Below, piece after piece: positions 54,301-63,954 of a stretch of 64,000 nt of DNA (the stretch's first letter is position 1; each line of letters starts with the position of its first letter). Source of the stretch: a virus. Under the pieces are notes generated by a model, which saw only the letters and a list, made by a program, of their open reading frames with translations, ran no database searches and was not told where the DNA came from. The stretch is taken from the IMG/VR virus record IMGVR_UViG_3300028833_000003. One strand, given 5' to 3'. The position numbers were made by a program, and so were the translations under genes.

Positions 54301-56001
54301 CCTTCCGCCATAATTATTTGAATTATTTTGCATATAAGCATTAAATTTTCTATAAGTAGGAATACCACCAATTGGATGCCCTTCTGAGCCTTTTGCTGCT
54401 TTCATGTTGCCCCATGCAGTCCGCAACGTACCACCTTTGCCAAAGAAATTTCCAAATGCCATGCTAATACCTGTTAATTTATCTAACATCTATGGTTTAA
54501 ATGCAGTCATCATCATCTAAGAAATTTTTGCTAATATACCAGGGATACCTCCAAGACCATTAACTAAACCTCTAACTGCAGATAACGCTGTTGCCAATGC
54601 ATTATTAAATCCAACAAGGAATTTATCATTAATTAAATCACCGAAAATAGCTTCTTTACTTGCTTGTACTCTTTGTTTAGATGCTTTAACAGAATCTTCA
54701 TAAATTTTCTGCATTTTTTCTAAGCTGCCAGCTGAATTTTGAGCATTTTGCAAATCTTTTTGATACGTATCCCAGTTTTCAAATAATGCCATTAATTGCG
54801 TATATTGACGTTTACCAGCAACAACCTGCGCGATAGCAGTTTTTTGCGCACTGCCCATGGTCTACCATTTATTACCAAGATCAGTAATAACATCGCCCAT
54901 ATCACGCATATTACCAGTAGCATCTAAAACCTATACACCAATAGAATTTAATGAGCTTGAAACTTTACCTAAATTAACACCGTCTTCTAATGTTTCACCT
55001 AATTTTAAGTCACCCATACGTGCTAAAATAGTTTTAAAAGATGTACCAATTGATTCAGCACTTTCACGAGTAACAGAAGATACAGTTGCAACAATAGAAG
55101 ACATTTGTTCCATACCGACACCAACAGTACTAGCAGTCGCGGCAACTTTCTATAAAGCTGTTGCAATTTCTTCCATGCTAGTAGCAGTAGTAGAACCTAA
55201 TTTTGCCATTACATCTACATAACCTTCAAGCTAATCACCGCCTGCTTTATAAGAATTCCAAACGGCGGTTAGCATTTCTGACATTTCCGCAGCATTAGCT
55301 TTGAATGCAGTATTTGCAGCCTTTAAAGTAATTTGTGCTTTCTTTTGTACATCTCTATCATTATCACCCTATTGATAATAAATTAATGCTGCATCAGCAT
55401 ATGCTTTTGTTGATGTACTTAAACTTTTTGCCATTACATTTGCTTCTTTTGCAAAATTGCTCATATCAGAAATAGATTTGCCAGTAACAACACGAATATT
55501 ATTTAATGAAGTATTTAAATTTTCAATATAGCTAACTGCTCCACTCATAGCAGACTATAAGCCATGAACCATTTGACTAGCTGCTTGCCATTTCACAGTA
55601 TTCATTAAAGTTGTGCCAAACTATGCAATAAGACCAGTCGCTTTTTGCGCGGGAATAGTTGCCTAAGTTAGAACAGAAGACAACTATGAAATTGCCTATT
55701 GTCCAGTTGTACCGGCGCGCTAGAAACTGGCAATTAACGTTTGAACATTTGTATTAGCACTCGCCAAGCTATTACTTAATGCACTAAAATTAATTTGCCC
55801 AGTATTAACATTAACTGCCTATTGTAATGCCTACTATAATTTTGCTGCTTGCTACGCGGCATCTGCCATATTTGTATCAATTTTTAAATTTAATCTACTG
55901 TTTTGCTGCAATCTTTGTAATGAAGAACTTAATTGTTCAACCTACCGCTATGCAGCACTGGCATCAGCCTAAATATTAATTTTATACTATACACCAGCCA
56001 C
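42343..56001 (-). CDS. tail tape measure protein, 4,551 codons
   Basis: GTG at 56001 lies 8 nt after AAAGGAG. I checked every codon of this frame and found no TAA/TGA from 56001 to 42346, and about 100 in-frame TAG. The N-terminal core reads SMEEIATALQKVAATASTVGVGMEQMSSIVATVSSVTRESAESIGTSFKTILARMGDLKLGE...GKRQYTQLMALFENW (TP901-type TMP core). The C-terminus reads YASGGLVDYTGPAWVDGTPNKPELMLNAADT (typical TMP end). The interior is long and coiled-coil-like. TAA at 42343 is followed by a terminator. Confidence 0.85.
45223..45282 (-). other. Gly11-Lys5-Gly-Lys-Ser-Lys low-complexity tract inside the TMP
   Basis: The + strand run cctccaccgccgccgcctccgccgccaccacc, preceded by ctt/ttt codons, encodes ...APGGGGGGGGGGGKKKKKGKSK... 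in the TMP frame. Confidence 0.8.
49741..50400 (-). repeat. about 9 tandem 24-codon repeats inside the TMP
   Basis: Consensus KTITFQGEFGTYTxxYxTAIxxxx. Two units (49819-49962) are near-identical at DNA level with a 72-nt period. Older units diverge upstream, and degenerate units continue below 49741. Confidence 0.8.
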
Positions 56002-56030
56002 GTTGCAAACTCCTTTCTCTCTTTATATAA

Positions 56031-56064
56031 TAAAAAAATCGTCTAATATTATGTATTAGACGAT
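56031..56064 (-). terminator. hairpin plus T-run between the chaperone-like gene and the tape measure gene
   Basis: On the minus strand: ATCGTCTAATA-CATAA-TATTAGACGAT (11 bp) followed by TTTTTTT, about 30 nt before the SD of the TMP gene. Confidence 0.6.
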
Positions 56065-56075
56065 TTCATTTTTTC

Positions 56076-56600
56076 TTAACCTATTTTATCTAAAATTTCT
56101 TTAACCGTAGTTAATTTTTCTGGGTCTTCAATTTTTTCAATTGTTTTATCAATATCATCTTTTGCAATCGCATAATCTGCATTAATCATATTAATCATAC
56201 CAGCTAATGAATTATTATAAGAAACAATATTATTCGCACATTTCTAAGCAGCGTCCCATAATAATTCATGTTCTCTTGTGGGAATTGCTTTAATTACACT
56301 ATCATAAACATGATTAAGTTCTAATGCATCAAATACTTTACTAATATTTTCTAATTGCTTATCAGTAATATTAATATTAGTATAATAACGAATTAATAAA
56401 ACTTTAAACCAAATTTCTAATCGCATTGGGTTATAAGCACCAGTAGAATCAATAGTATATGATAATAATTCACTAATCAACTGTGCTTTATCATCTACTG
56501 ATAAATACTAAATTACATTAATTTCTGTATCTCCTATTTTTATAATCACAGGTTCAACTGATTTAATGGGTGTTACTTTTGAAAAAGCAACTTTCGCCAT
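56076..56600 (-). CDS. tail assembly chaperone-like protein (XkdN-like, tentative)
   Basis: ATG at 56600 follows AAAGGAG. Two in-frame TAG codons (56508, 56244). TAA at 56076. It is small and acidic and sits directly upstream of the tape measure gene. Confidence 0.55.
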
Positions 56601-56633
56601 AATAACATCTCCTTTATCTCAATACTTATTTAT

Positions 56634-56662
56634 AATATACCATATTTTTTTTATTTTGTCAA
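56634..56662 (-). promoter_or_regulatory. sigma70-like promoter with extended -10
   Basis: On the minus strand: TTGACA, 17 nt ending in TGG, then TATATT. It lies about 35 nt upstream of the AAAGGAG/ATG of the chaperone-like gene. Confidence 0.45.
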
Positions 56663-56812
56663 TTATGAATCTGCGATAGACGCTAAAGTAGATTTTGAAA
56701 TTTCAGTTATCCAATCTCCTTTTTGTTTATGTATCATTTCATTAACTTGAGTATAGATTTTGCTAATAATTTCTGCTGTACTAATAACATAAATGTTTGC
56801 ACTACCAGGATC

Positions 56813-57904
56813 ATTATATACTAAATAATTAGCACCTAAATCACCAATACCATCTTTCTTTAATTCATTTCTAATAATTTCGTCTACATAAGTTTGACCT
56901 CGACCTGTTAATTCATAAATAACACGTAACTACTATAAAGCTAATCGTACATCTTCACGATGAGTATTACGAGCATAATAAAAAATACTAATTGAAACAC
57001 CATAAGGAAATCGAGTATTAAGCAGATCTAAATAAACACGTTTACTTTTTGTCTAACCAAAATGAACTGAACGTACTCTTGACTAAATGGCATTTGTAAT
57101 ACCTGTCGCGGCGTCTTTAATATATGATAAACTATTATAGTTTTTTGCAGTAAAATAAGCTTTATGCAATAATTTAGCAATATGCATTAATTTAGATCCG
57201 GCGGTTGCAGTAATTGTTAATTCAACTGCATGTCCATTCACATCGACTTTACCATTAACAGTAGTTGTTACAAAATCATCGGCAGATGTTCGTTCATCAA
57301 ACAGGCGTTTAATTTTATCTGCTTCCTCTTGTACTGCAGCATTAGCAAGATCACTTATTGCTCCATCAATCATACTACGCAATGGAGTATGCGCACCTTT
57401 CGTACTTACTGAATGCCCCATAACATTTACTTTTGCGGCACCAAAAATAACATCATTTAAATTGGCATTTTTTGCTCCTCCAAACTACTAAGTCGCCATA
57501 CTGATAGCCGCCAATTCGCCTTCTAAAACATCACCTTGCGTCCAACCTTTAGACTTCAAACCAGTGCGAGTAAAAAAACCTCTGCCACTAGCGCCAATAA
57601 CAGAACCCGCTTCTTGTAAAATCTAACTTAAAGCTTGTTGCTAAATACCACTTTTTAATGATATATTCTCAAAACCCTTATTACCTTTATTAGATAAATT
57701 TTTTAAATCACGAAAAAAATCTTGCAATTCTCTTGCTTCAGCAGCACTACCTGCTCCTTCAACTGCTCCGTGACTATTACCAAGACCATTCATAATATTA
57801 TTATACTCGCTCATTAATTCATCACGCATCGCAGTTAATGCTTGATAAGGATCTAATCCTTCATATGCTTTATATCGTTCACCTAAGTGTAATAATCTTG
57901 GCAT
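56813..57904 (-). CDS. hypothetical tail protein (C-terminal end unresolved)
   Basis: ATG at 57904. ORFs 57641..57904 and 57083..57421 are joined in one frame by about 8 TAG. The frame stops at TAA 56813 immediately followed by TGA. See the finding on the frame break at 56663-56860. Confidence 0.6.
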
Positions 57905-57922
57905 TTATGTCACCCGCTTAAT

Positions 57923-57957
57923 AAAAAAAATGGGGACGAGCTTTTTTGCTCGTCCCC
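57923..57957 (-). terminator. rho-independent terminator after the major tail gene
   Basis: On the minus strand: GGGGACGAGC-AAAAAA-GCTCGTCCCC followed by TTTTTTTT. Confidence 0.85.
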
Positions 57958-57976
57958 ATTTGTATTATATCAATAA

Positions 57977-59059
57977 TTATTCACCAAAACGCTTTGGAGG
58001 TTCCTTACCAGAATCTTCATAAATGTCGCCTGGGAATTTAGTATCACCCTCAACTGCGCCACGAGTTGAACCATCATAAAGTGCAGTATCTTCAACAATC
58101 TGAAGAGCAGCAATTACTTTCTTGGTCTTATCAAACTTAGTATAGTCTGGGAAAGCATCCATTGTGAAAGTAAAGGTAGAAGGATCACCAGTAGGTGCCA
58201 TTGTGAAGGTAAAGTTAGACTGAACCTTGCAGTTAGGAATGATAAATTCAGCAGGATAGTCTTCACCAGTTGCTTCATCACGGAACAAAGTAGAAGCTTC
58301 AAGATAATAAGAACCACCGAACTTACCAGCTTCAATATCAATCTGCTTTACATACTGAGTGCTCTTTACATAATAGTCAATATAAAGAACAGAACCTGGA
58401 TCATCGCCCATGCCATTAACGTAGTCATATACTTCCTGTGGATTCTTAGCATCCTTATAAGCATCTACGTTTGCTTGGAACTCAGTGCCAATAGGAGCAT
58501 GAGCATCCATGATCTTACCAGCGACCAATAATTCATTATGAGCAGCATTATAAGCAGCAGCCCAATGAGCAAAGATTTCTTCAACGTTCATTTCCTTAGC
58601 AATATCATCACGTTGAATTTCCATAGGAATACGATTGGTATTAATAGAACCATCAGCATTCTTCAACATAATATACATGCTACCACCCTTGGCTGGCTCA
58701 TGAGCAAGAGTAATCTTACCTGCTTTAATCTGAACCTGCTCAGTAGTATGTACATAAATAGGATGATCTTCATCAGCATCCATGAAACCAGCACCAGAAA
58801 GAATTGAGAAGCTTTCTGGACTAATCAAAGCATCTTCCATTGTAAATGTTACAGTACGGTCGCCTTCCCAAGCTACCAAGCGAGGATTACCTTTACCGCC
58901 CTGAGCATAAACAGTTGTGCTCTGGCCTTCCAAAGAAGAAGTCTTCAATGTTTCAAAATATAACACAGGCATATCCTTGTCAAGATACAACTTACCGAAG
59001 AAACCTGCTGCCTTACGACGAAGTACAACATCGCAAATTTCGCGTACGCCAAATCTCAT
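57977..59059 (-). CDS. putative major tail (tube) protein
   Basis: ATG at 59059 follows AAGGAGGAAACGCAT; the ORF-track start at 59098 is upstream of the SD. 360 codons with no TAG. TAA is followed by a strong intrinsic terminator. It lies two genes (about 2 kb) upstream of the tape measure gene. Motifs such as PVLYFETLKTSSLEG...TVYAQGGKGNPRL recall siphophage tail tube proteins. Confidence 0.6.
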   Translation of the reverse strand: MRFGVREICDVVLRRKAAGFFGKLYLDKDMPVLYFETLKTSSLEGQSTTVYAQGGKGNPRLVAWEGDRTVTFTMEDALISPESFSILSGAGFMDADEDHPIYVHTTEQVQIKAGKITLAHEPAKGGSMYIMLKNADGSINTNRIPMEIQRDDIAKEMNVEEIFAHWAAAYNAAHNELLVAGKIMDAHAPIGTEFQANVDAYKDAKNPQEVYDYVNGMGDDPGSVLYIDYYVKSTQYVKQIDIEAGKFGGSYYLEASTLFRDEATGEDYPAEFIIPNCKVQSNFTFTMAPTGDPSTFTFTMDAFPDYTKFDKTKKVIAALQIVEDTALYDGSTRGAVEGDTKFPGDIYEDSGKEPPKRFGE

Positions 59060-59076
59060 ATGCGTTTCCTCCTTAA

Positions 59077-59817
59077 TTAATGTAAACTTTTCATCCAATC
59101 GTCTGGTTTACTGTCGGGTTTTCCGCCAGCCAAACGTGATCTTATATCTAAATCCCACCCGACATATAAGCCGTATCTCTCAATCAAATCATAGAGCTGA
59201 TAGACCGTAAGATTAAGGCAATCATCCAGACTCATGGATTCCAGAGCAATGGTGAGAATAGAAACATATCTAGATAAAACACCATCATTACCACCCGAGC
59301 CTCTACGCCGAGCAGCTTCACTACGACCCTTCATTAATTTCGCCGCAATTGCAGCAGCTTTATTACCTTTTGGATTATAATTTGAGTTCTAACCACCAGT
59401 CGCATTATTTAATCCACACACTTCTGTTAGAATTGCTTGCACAGTATCAAAATTATTTTCATCAAGAGTAAAAGAATGTTTTGTCGTAGCGTTATTAAAA
59501 AAAACTCCCATAGGTAAAAACTATGCAGTATATCCTGGGAAAAACAACATAAACAGTTGTTCGATGGTATTTTTCCGCTTCCCCGAATCCTAAATATTCG
59601 GGTTAGCTACTAATGTCATAAATATCTAAAAATTATTAAGGGCGGCTAAACTAGAAGCGCCCTATCCTGTCTAAGATGCTAAAAGCACTTTTCGATTAAA
59701 ACACACTAACTATAAGGCTAAAAAATATTCTTCTTCACCAATTAATGCAATTTCCGCGATTTTAGGCTAGTGGATTGTAGTCTATAACTCAACTACTGGG
59801 ATATTAGTCCCAGCCAT
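59077..59817 (-). CDS. hypothetical tail-completion protein
   Basis: The frame is open from ATG 59817 to TAA 59077, checked line by line, with about 10 in-frame TAG. It fills the apparent ORF-free gap 59335-59817. There is no clear SD, so the start is less certain. Confidence 0.6.
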
Positions 59818-59831
59818 TAAAGCTAATGAAT

Positions 59832-60365
59832 TCATAATAATGGGTTCCGCTAATCTTCTTCTCCGTGAATAGCTTCATAAGTTAAACATAAACCCATCAA
59901 CTAATCATTAAGTAAAAGATTGCGCCCAGTTAAGAATTGAGTTTCCCCAATTCCAGTTAATTTTTTCTTATTGAAAAGACTATCAATTTCACCAGCAATC
60001 TTATAAGGACGTAACTAAAAATTGCCTAAATTCCAATGATCAGGATGACAAAGAATGTCAAATTCAATAATACAATCTCGATACACTGGATTCTTTTTAT
60101 TTGGCTAAAAATTATCCATTGAAATTAATACGTAATTAGGACACTCAGTAGAAACTTCTAGCTAAGGAACTATACGTATCTACTTATGAATCATAGAATA
60201 TTTTTGTTCTTGTGTTAAATCATTTGCTTTTAAACAATCTTTTTCAGTATAATAAAGTAATTTCATTAAACGTTGATCTTCCATCATTTTTTGAATAATC
60301 AACGCCAAATCTTTATCGACCGCCAAGAAACTTGATTTAGGAAAATAATCTTGCCCAACAATCAT
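59832..60365 (-). CDS. hypothetical neck/tail-completion protein
   Basis: ATG at 60365 follows AAAGGAGGAG. Five in-frame TAG codons. The real stop is TGA at 59832. Under code 11 only the first 61 codons are seen. Confidence 0.7.
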
Positions 60366-60382
60366 ATTAACTCCTCCTTTAA

Positions 60383-61348
60383 TTAAAACAATGATTCAAC
60401 AACAATAGTTTTATGTAAATCTTCAATTAGCATATCATTATGAAATACAATTTCAAATTCACCACTAACCATTGGCAACCATTTTACAATTAAACCATTA
60501 TCTTGTTCATCTACTCGCCATTCAACTACATCATCAATATCTTTATTCTAAGATGTTGATACTACTGACCAGTCACCGCGAATACGACGATTTACATTAT
60601 ATTTAACTTCCTATCTTGGCTTAATAAATACTTCACCATCAATAGAAACATCAAATATATTCTGCTTAGGAGGATTAGGATCGGTAGGCTCAATTATATA
60701 TTCATCTCCATGACATTCATAATCTTCTTCTGCGACTATTTCTAAAATACCGGGTGTACTAATACTGTCAGGAGCCTGAACTTTCCAATATCTACCTTCA
60801 AATTCAAAGCGTTGATAACGTTCTAGCGCACGTATTGTTTCCTCAGTGCGTTTTACATATATGTCAAGAGTTAAATTAGGTACATCAGCAGCAATACCGT
60901 GCTTTTGAATTGTATTAATTTTAGTTTCAACAGGCCCGCGCACAGCCATCCATAAACCAAATTTTTCTTTAGTTTCTGGATCAGTAACTTCAACCCACTA
61001 GGCTCTGCGGCAATTTCCTCTAAAATATGCCAATTCAGTTAATTCTTGTTTGAGTATTAGCCAATGAATACCAGACTCTTTTGGCCATTCAAAACTATCT
61101 CCTGGCTTAAAATCATATCGCCAATCAACAGAGATAATCTTTTCATCATAGTCAAATTTTACTTTATCAGGATTAATTAATGCTAATACCCATTCACTGT
61201 CTTCTTCATCTTTTTTAATCCAAGCATGTTGATAAGAATAAAGAAGCGCACGATGGAATGAACGTCTTTTATCTCGAACCATGCGGTCATGTTGGCGGTC
61301 ATTAACCGCGGCACGTGCGCGAGCGCGCAAATTATCTAGTGCGTCCAT
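60383..61348 (-). CDS. hypothetical head/neck structural protein
   Basis: ATG at 61348. ORFs 60998..61348 and 60611..60949 plus the 60383-60610 tail form one frame joined by TAG at 60998, 60611 and 60548. TAA at 60383 lies just before the next SD (AAAGGAGGAG). Confidence 0.7.
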
Positions 61349-61661
61349 CTAACTAATTCGCTAAATCAGTTAATAGTGAAATTGCACTAAAAACTGTTTT
61401 GCGATATATCATAAAATCGGCTTCGTCAAGCAGACCATACAATTCAGTAACAAATACTAAAAAGTCTAATTCACCGCCAAATATTTTGTCTAACCCACGA
61501 AGTTCAAGTAATACAGTTTTAATCTATCCTTGCCAATCCTCTTGATTTTCACGCATCGGCAATAATTTCCAAATCTGATTGACCAGACGACGCAAATCGG
61601 TCACTACAACACCTGGTTCAAATTTGAACTCAGTTGTTTCTGATTGCTTCCCACTTGCCAT
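61332..61661 (-). CDS. hypothetical head-completion protein (start uncertain)
   Basis: The frame is open to TAA at 61332 with two in-frame TAG, and overlaps the ATG of the next gene. Candidate starts are ATG 61661 or GTG about 61605, the latter after an AGGTG. Confidence 0.45.
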
Positions 61662-62211
61662 AATCAATACCATTATCGCTATCTGCGTCGCCAGATCCTT
61701 CATGAATAATCTTAACAGTACCAGCTAATGCAGCTTCTTCTTGCTTTGGAATAGCACTATCATTAAGCATATGCCAATTAGACATAACATGTCCAGTTTC
61801 TGGTACAATTTTACGCCGCTTATATAAACGTTGTGCGTGAATATTCTCGCGCCACACCTCAGTCTTTAAATTTAAAAGCTTCGCAAGATGATTAGCTTGC
61901 GAAGTAAATTTAAAATCTGAACCGCTATATTTCATGCGTGTATTTTCAATAGAAGAAATCTGTCGGTCCAACCATACGACTTTCATTAAAATAGCGAAAA
62001 TATTAATTTCTTCTCTGGTTAAATCAACATTGTATTGCTCTTGATCTGCGTCATAATCATATAGAGCAAATCTTGGAAATTCAAAGTAGGATATGGCATC
62101 TAATAGAATCTATTTACAATCACGAATAGTATCTTCCTCAGTCAATTCCAAATACTAATCATCTGTAATTTTACCAAGGAAGGCATTATAAATAGTTTCA
62201 AATGATGTCAT
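61630..62211 (-). CDS. head-tail connector/adaptor-like protein (tentative)
   Basis: ATG at 62211 follows GGGGGAG. Two in-frame TAG codons (62155, 62110). TGA stop at 61630. The N-terminus MTSFETIYNAFLGKITDDQYLELTEEDTIRDCKQILLDAI recalls connector/adaptor families. The position is right after the capsid genes. Confidence 0.55.
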
Positions 62212-62212
62212 A

Positions 62213-62812
62213 TTACTCCCCCTTTGCCTCTTCTTTCTGCACTACTTTATACTGAGGAGTAGTGCGGCGACCACTAGTTTTAGTTTCGGCCTATACTCTA
62301 CGGGTAGGTGCAGCCTTTACTTCCATACCACTATCAGTAGTATTTGCTTCTTCAGCCTGCGCAGCTTCAACTTCTGCCTTATGCTGCAAAGCAAGCGTTA
62401 TATCAAAACCAGTCTTTGCTTTAAGAGCTTCGCGCTTACGCGCATCATTGCAAGGCAATTCATAAGAATATTTCTTGATTAAATCTATTACACCATCAGG
62501 CGCAAAATCAAGGCAATCAAGGAATGCTTCAACGCTACCATTTTGAATTAAATCAATAACGCCTTTTTCATCCAAATAATATTCAGGTTCAATCCGAATA
62601 GGCATTTCCTTCACTACTTCTGTATCTTCAATAAATAGACTATCACGAAGCATTACAGTACCACCTGGAACAAAACTTAAAGCATCCAACTCTTCACGAG
62701 TAAGATTTTTTACTTCGCCAGGCTACCATTCGCGGCGAATGCCCATATCTGGAATCGTATAAATAAGCATTCTACTACTGCGATTACGCACTTTAATTTT
62801 ATTGTCTGCCAT
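62213..62812 (-). CDS. hypothetical head-associated protein
   Basis: ATG at 62812 follows AAAAAGGAGT. Two in-frame TAG codons (62723, 62291). The frame was checked free of TAA/TGA down to TAA at 62213, 1 nt upstream of the next ATG. It joins ORF 62291..62689 to its flanks. Confidence 0.7.
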
Positions 62813-62841
62813 ATTTTTTTACTCCTTTTTCTCTTAAATTA

Positions 62842-62865
62842 GGACCGCCGCACTGGCGGCGGCCC
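62842..62865 (-). terminator. GC-rich stem-loop after the capsid gene (terminator or attenuator)
   Basis: On the minus strand: GGGCCGCCGC-CAGT-GCGGCGGTCC (7 bp, one mismatch, 2 bp), then TAATTT. It sits between the capsid TAA and the next SD. Confidence 0.5.
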
Positions 62866-62878
62866 TTATATATGATTA

Positions 62879-63934
62879 TTAATCGCCCGTTTCATTTGCA
62901 GAACGTGTAACATTCAATTGACCTTTAAGAGCATCGTCGATATATACGCAGATGTCTGGAGTCATAACAACACCAACGCCTACTTTCTTATAGACCTGAA
63001 TTTCACGGCTGCGATCCTTATTGACATATTCATCAACAATAGTGCTACCTTCCATAACAACCTTGGCAGGCTTTACAGCACCTGGAAGAATATAGCAATA
63101 ACCTGGGTCAATAACCTTTGTCTGATGAGTTGCATCAGTGAAGCCCTGTGGAAGAATAGTAATAGGATGATTCTTATAAGAAGCAAAACGACCATTATTC
63201 CAAATAGTATCCTTCATATTGTCAGAATACATAGCAGCATTAGCAGGACGAATCTTAGAAGCAAATTCTTCAGTGCAATAAATGGTAGGAGTACCATAAG
63301 CTGCAGCGATAGAAATTAAACGATCAAATGCTGCTTCATCCCAACCAGTAACTTCAGCAGTATTAAGAGCTGGAAGCTGATTCAAACCAGTCTTCAAAGC
63401 CTGACCGATTTCCCAATAAATGAGTTCGTCAAGACCTTCCATAACAATACGAGTTACCTCAGCAAAATCAGCACGACCATCAAGGAACTCTTCCAAACCA
63501 ATCTGAGCGGCACCGCCGATAGCACTGGTCTGTACTTCGATAGGCGTATCTTTACCAAGCTTAAATACTTCGTAAATACCAGCCAAACCGACCTTGGTGA
63601 TGAACTGCTTTGCACGCTGACGATCATGCCAACGCATAAAGATAGCCTTGTCACCCTGAGCCATGGTCTTTACTTCGGCAAACTTGCCATATTCCTGCTC
63701 AACTTTACGAGGAAGAACATCATCCATGGTCTGTTCGATTAATTCAAAGATAGTATTCTTATTTTCACGATAAAGAGCAAAAGTGCCTGCATACTCATTG
63801 AGTTCTTTACGAAGGGTCTCATTGAGTGCATCATAGGTGAGATTCTCACCATTAAATGAATATGCAACAGGAGCAGAGCGATCGGCCTTAGCTGTTGCCT
63901 TCATCAATTGAAGAAGTTCTTTCTTATCCAACAT
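62879..63934 (-). CDS. putative major capsid protein
   Basis: 351 codons. ATG at 63934 lies 9 nt after GGAAAGGAGAG; the TTG at 63940 used in the ORF track is too close to the SD. There are no TAG codons. The TAA stop is followed by a GC-rich hairpin. It is the first large gene of a head-to-tail ordered module. Product is inferred from size, position and expression signals only. Confidence 0.6.
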   Translation of the reverse strand: MLDKKELLQLMKATAKADRSAPVAYSFNGENLTYDALNETLRKELNEYAGTFALYRENKNTIFELIEQTMDDVLPRKVEQEYGKFAEVKTMAQGDKAIFMRWHDRQRAKQFITKVGLAGIYEVFKLGKDTPIEVQTSAIGGAAQIGLEEFLDGRADFAEVTRIVMEGLDELIYWEIGQALKTGLNQLPALNTAEVTGWDEAAFDRLISIAAAYGTPTIYCTEEFASKIRPANAAMYSDNMKDTIWNNGRFASYKNHPITILPQGFTDATHQTKVIDPGYCYILPGAVKPAKVVMEGSTIVDEYVNKDRSREIQVYKKVGVGVVMTPDICVYIDDALKGQLNVTRSANETGD

Positions 63935-63954
63935 TGTCAATCTCTCCTTTCCTA

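Noticed and set aside
59582-59602. A 7-bp hairpin (CCCGAAT/ATTCGGG) with a 7-nt loop that looked like a tRNA anticodon arm. On the minus strand the loop is ATTTAGG.
   Set aside because: No acceptor, D or T arms can be folded around it, and the stem is too long for an anticodon stem. The region is inside the checked open frame of the gene 59077-59817. The TAG in the loop is simply an in-frame sense codon.
59335-60180. An apparent 850-nt ORF-free intergenic gap in the supplied track, which looked like a candidate ncRNA/tRNA region.
   Set aside because: With TAG as sense it is fully covered by two genes (59832-60365 and 59077-59817) that carry 5 and about 10 TAG codons.
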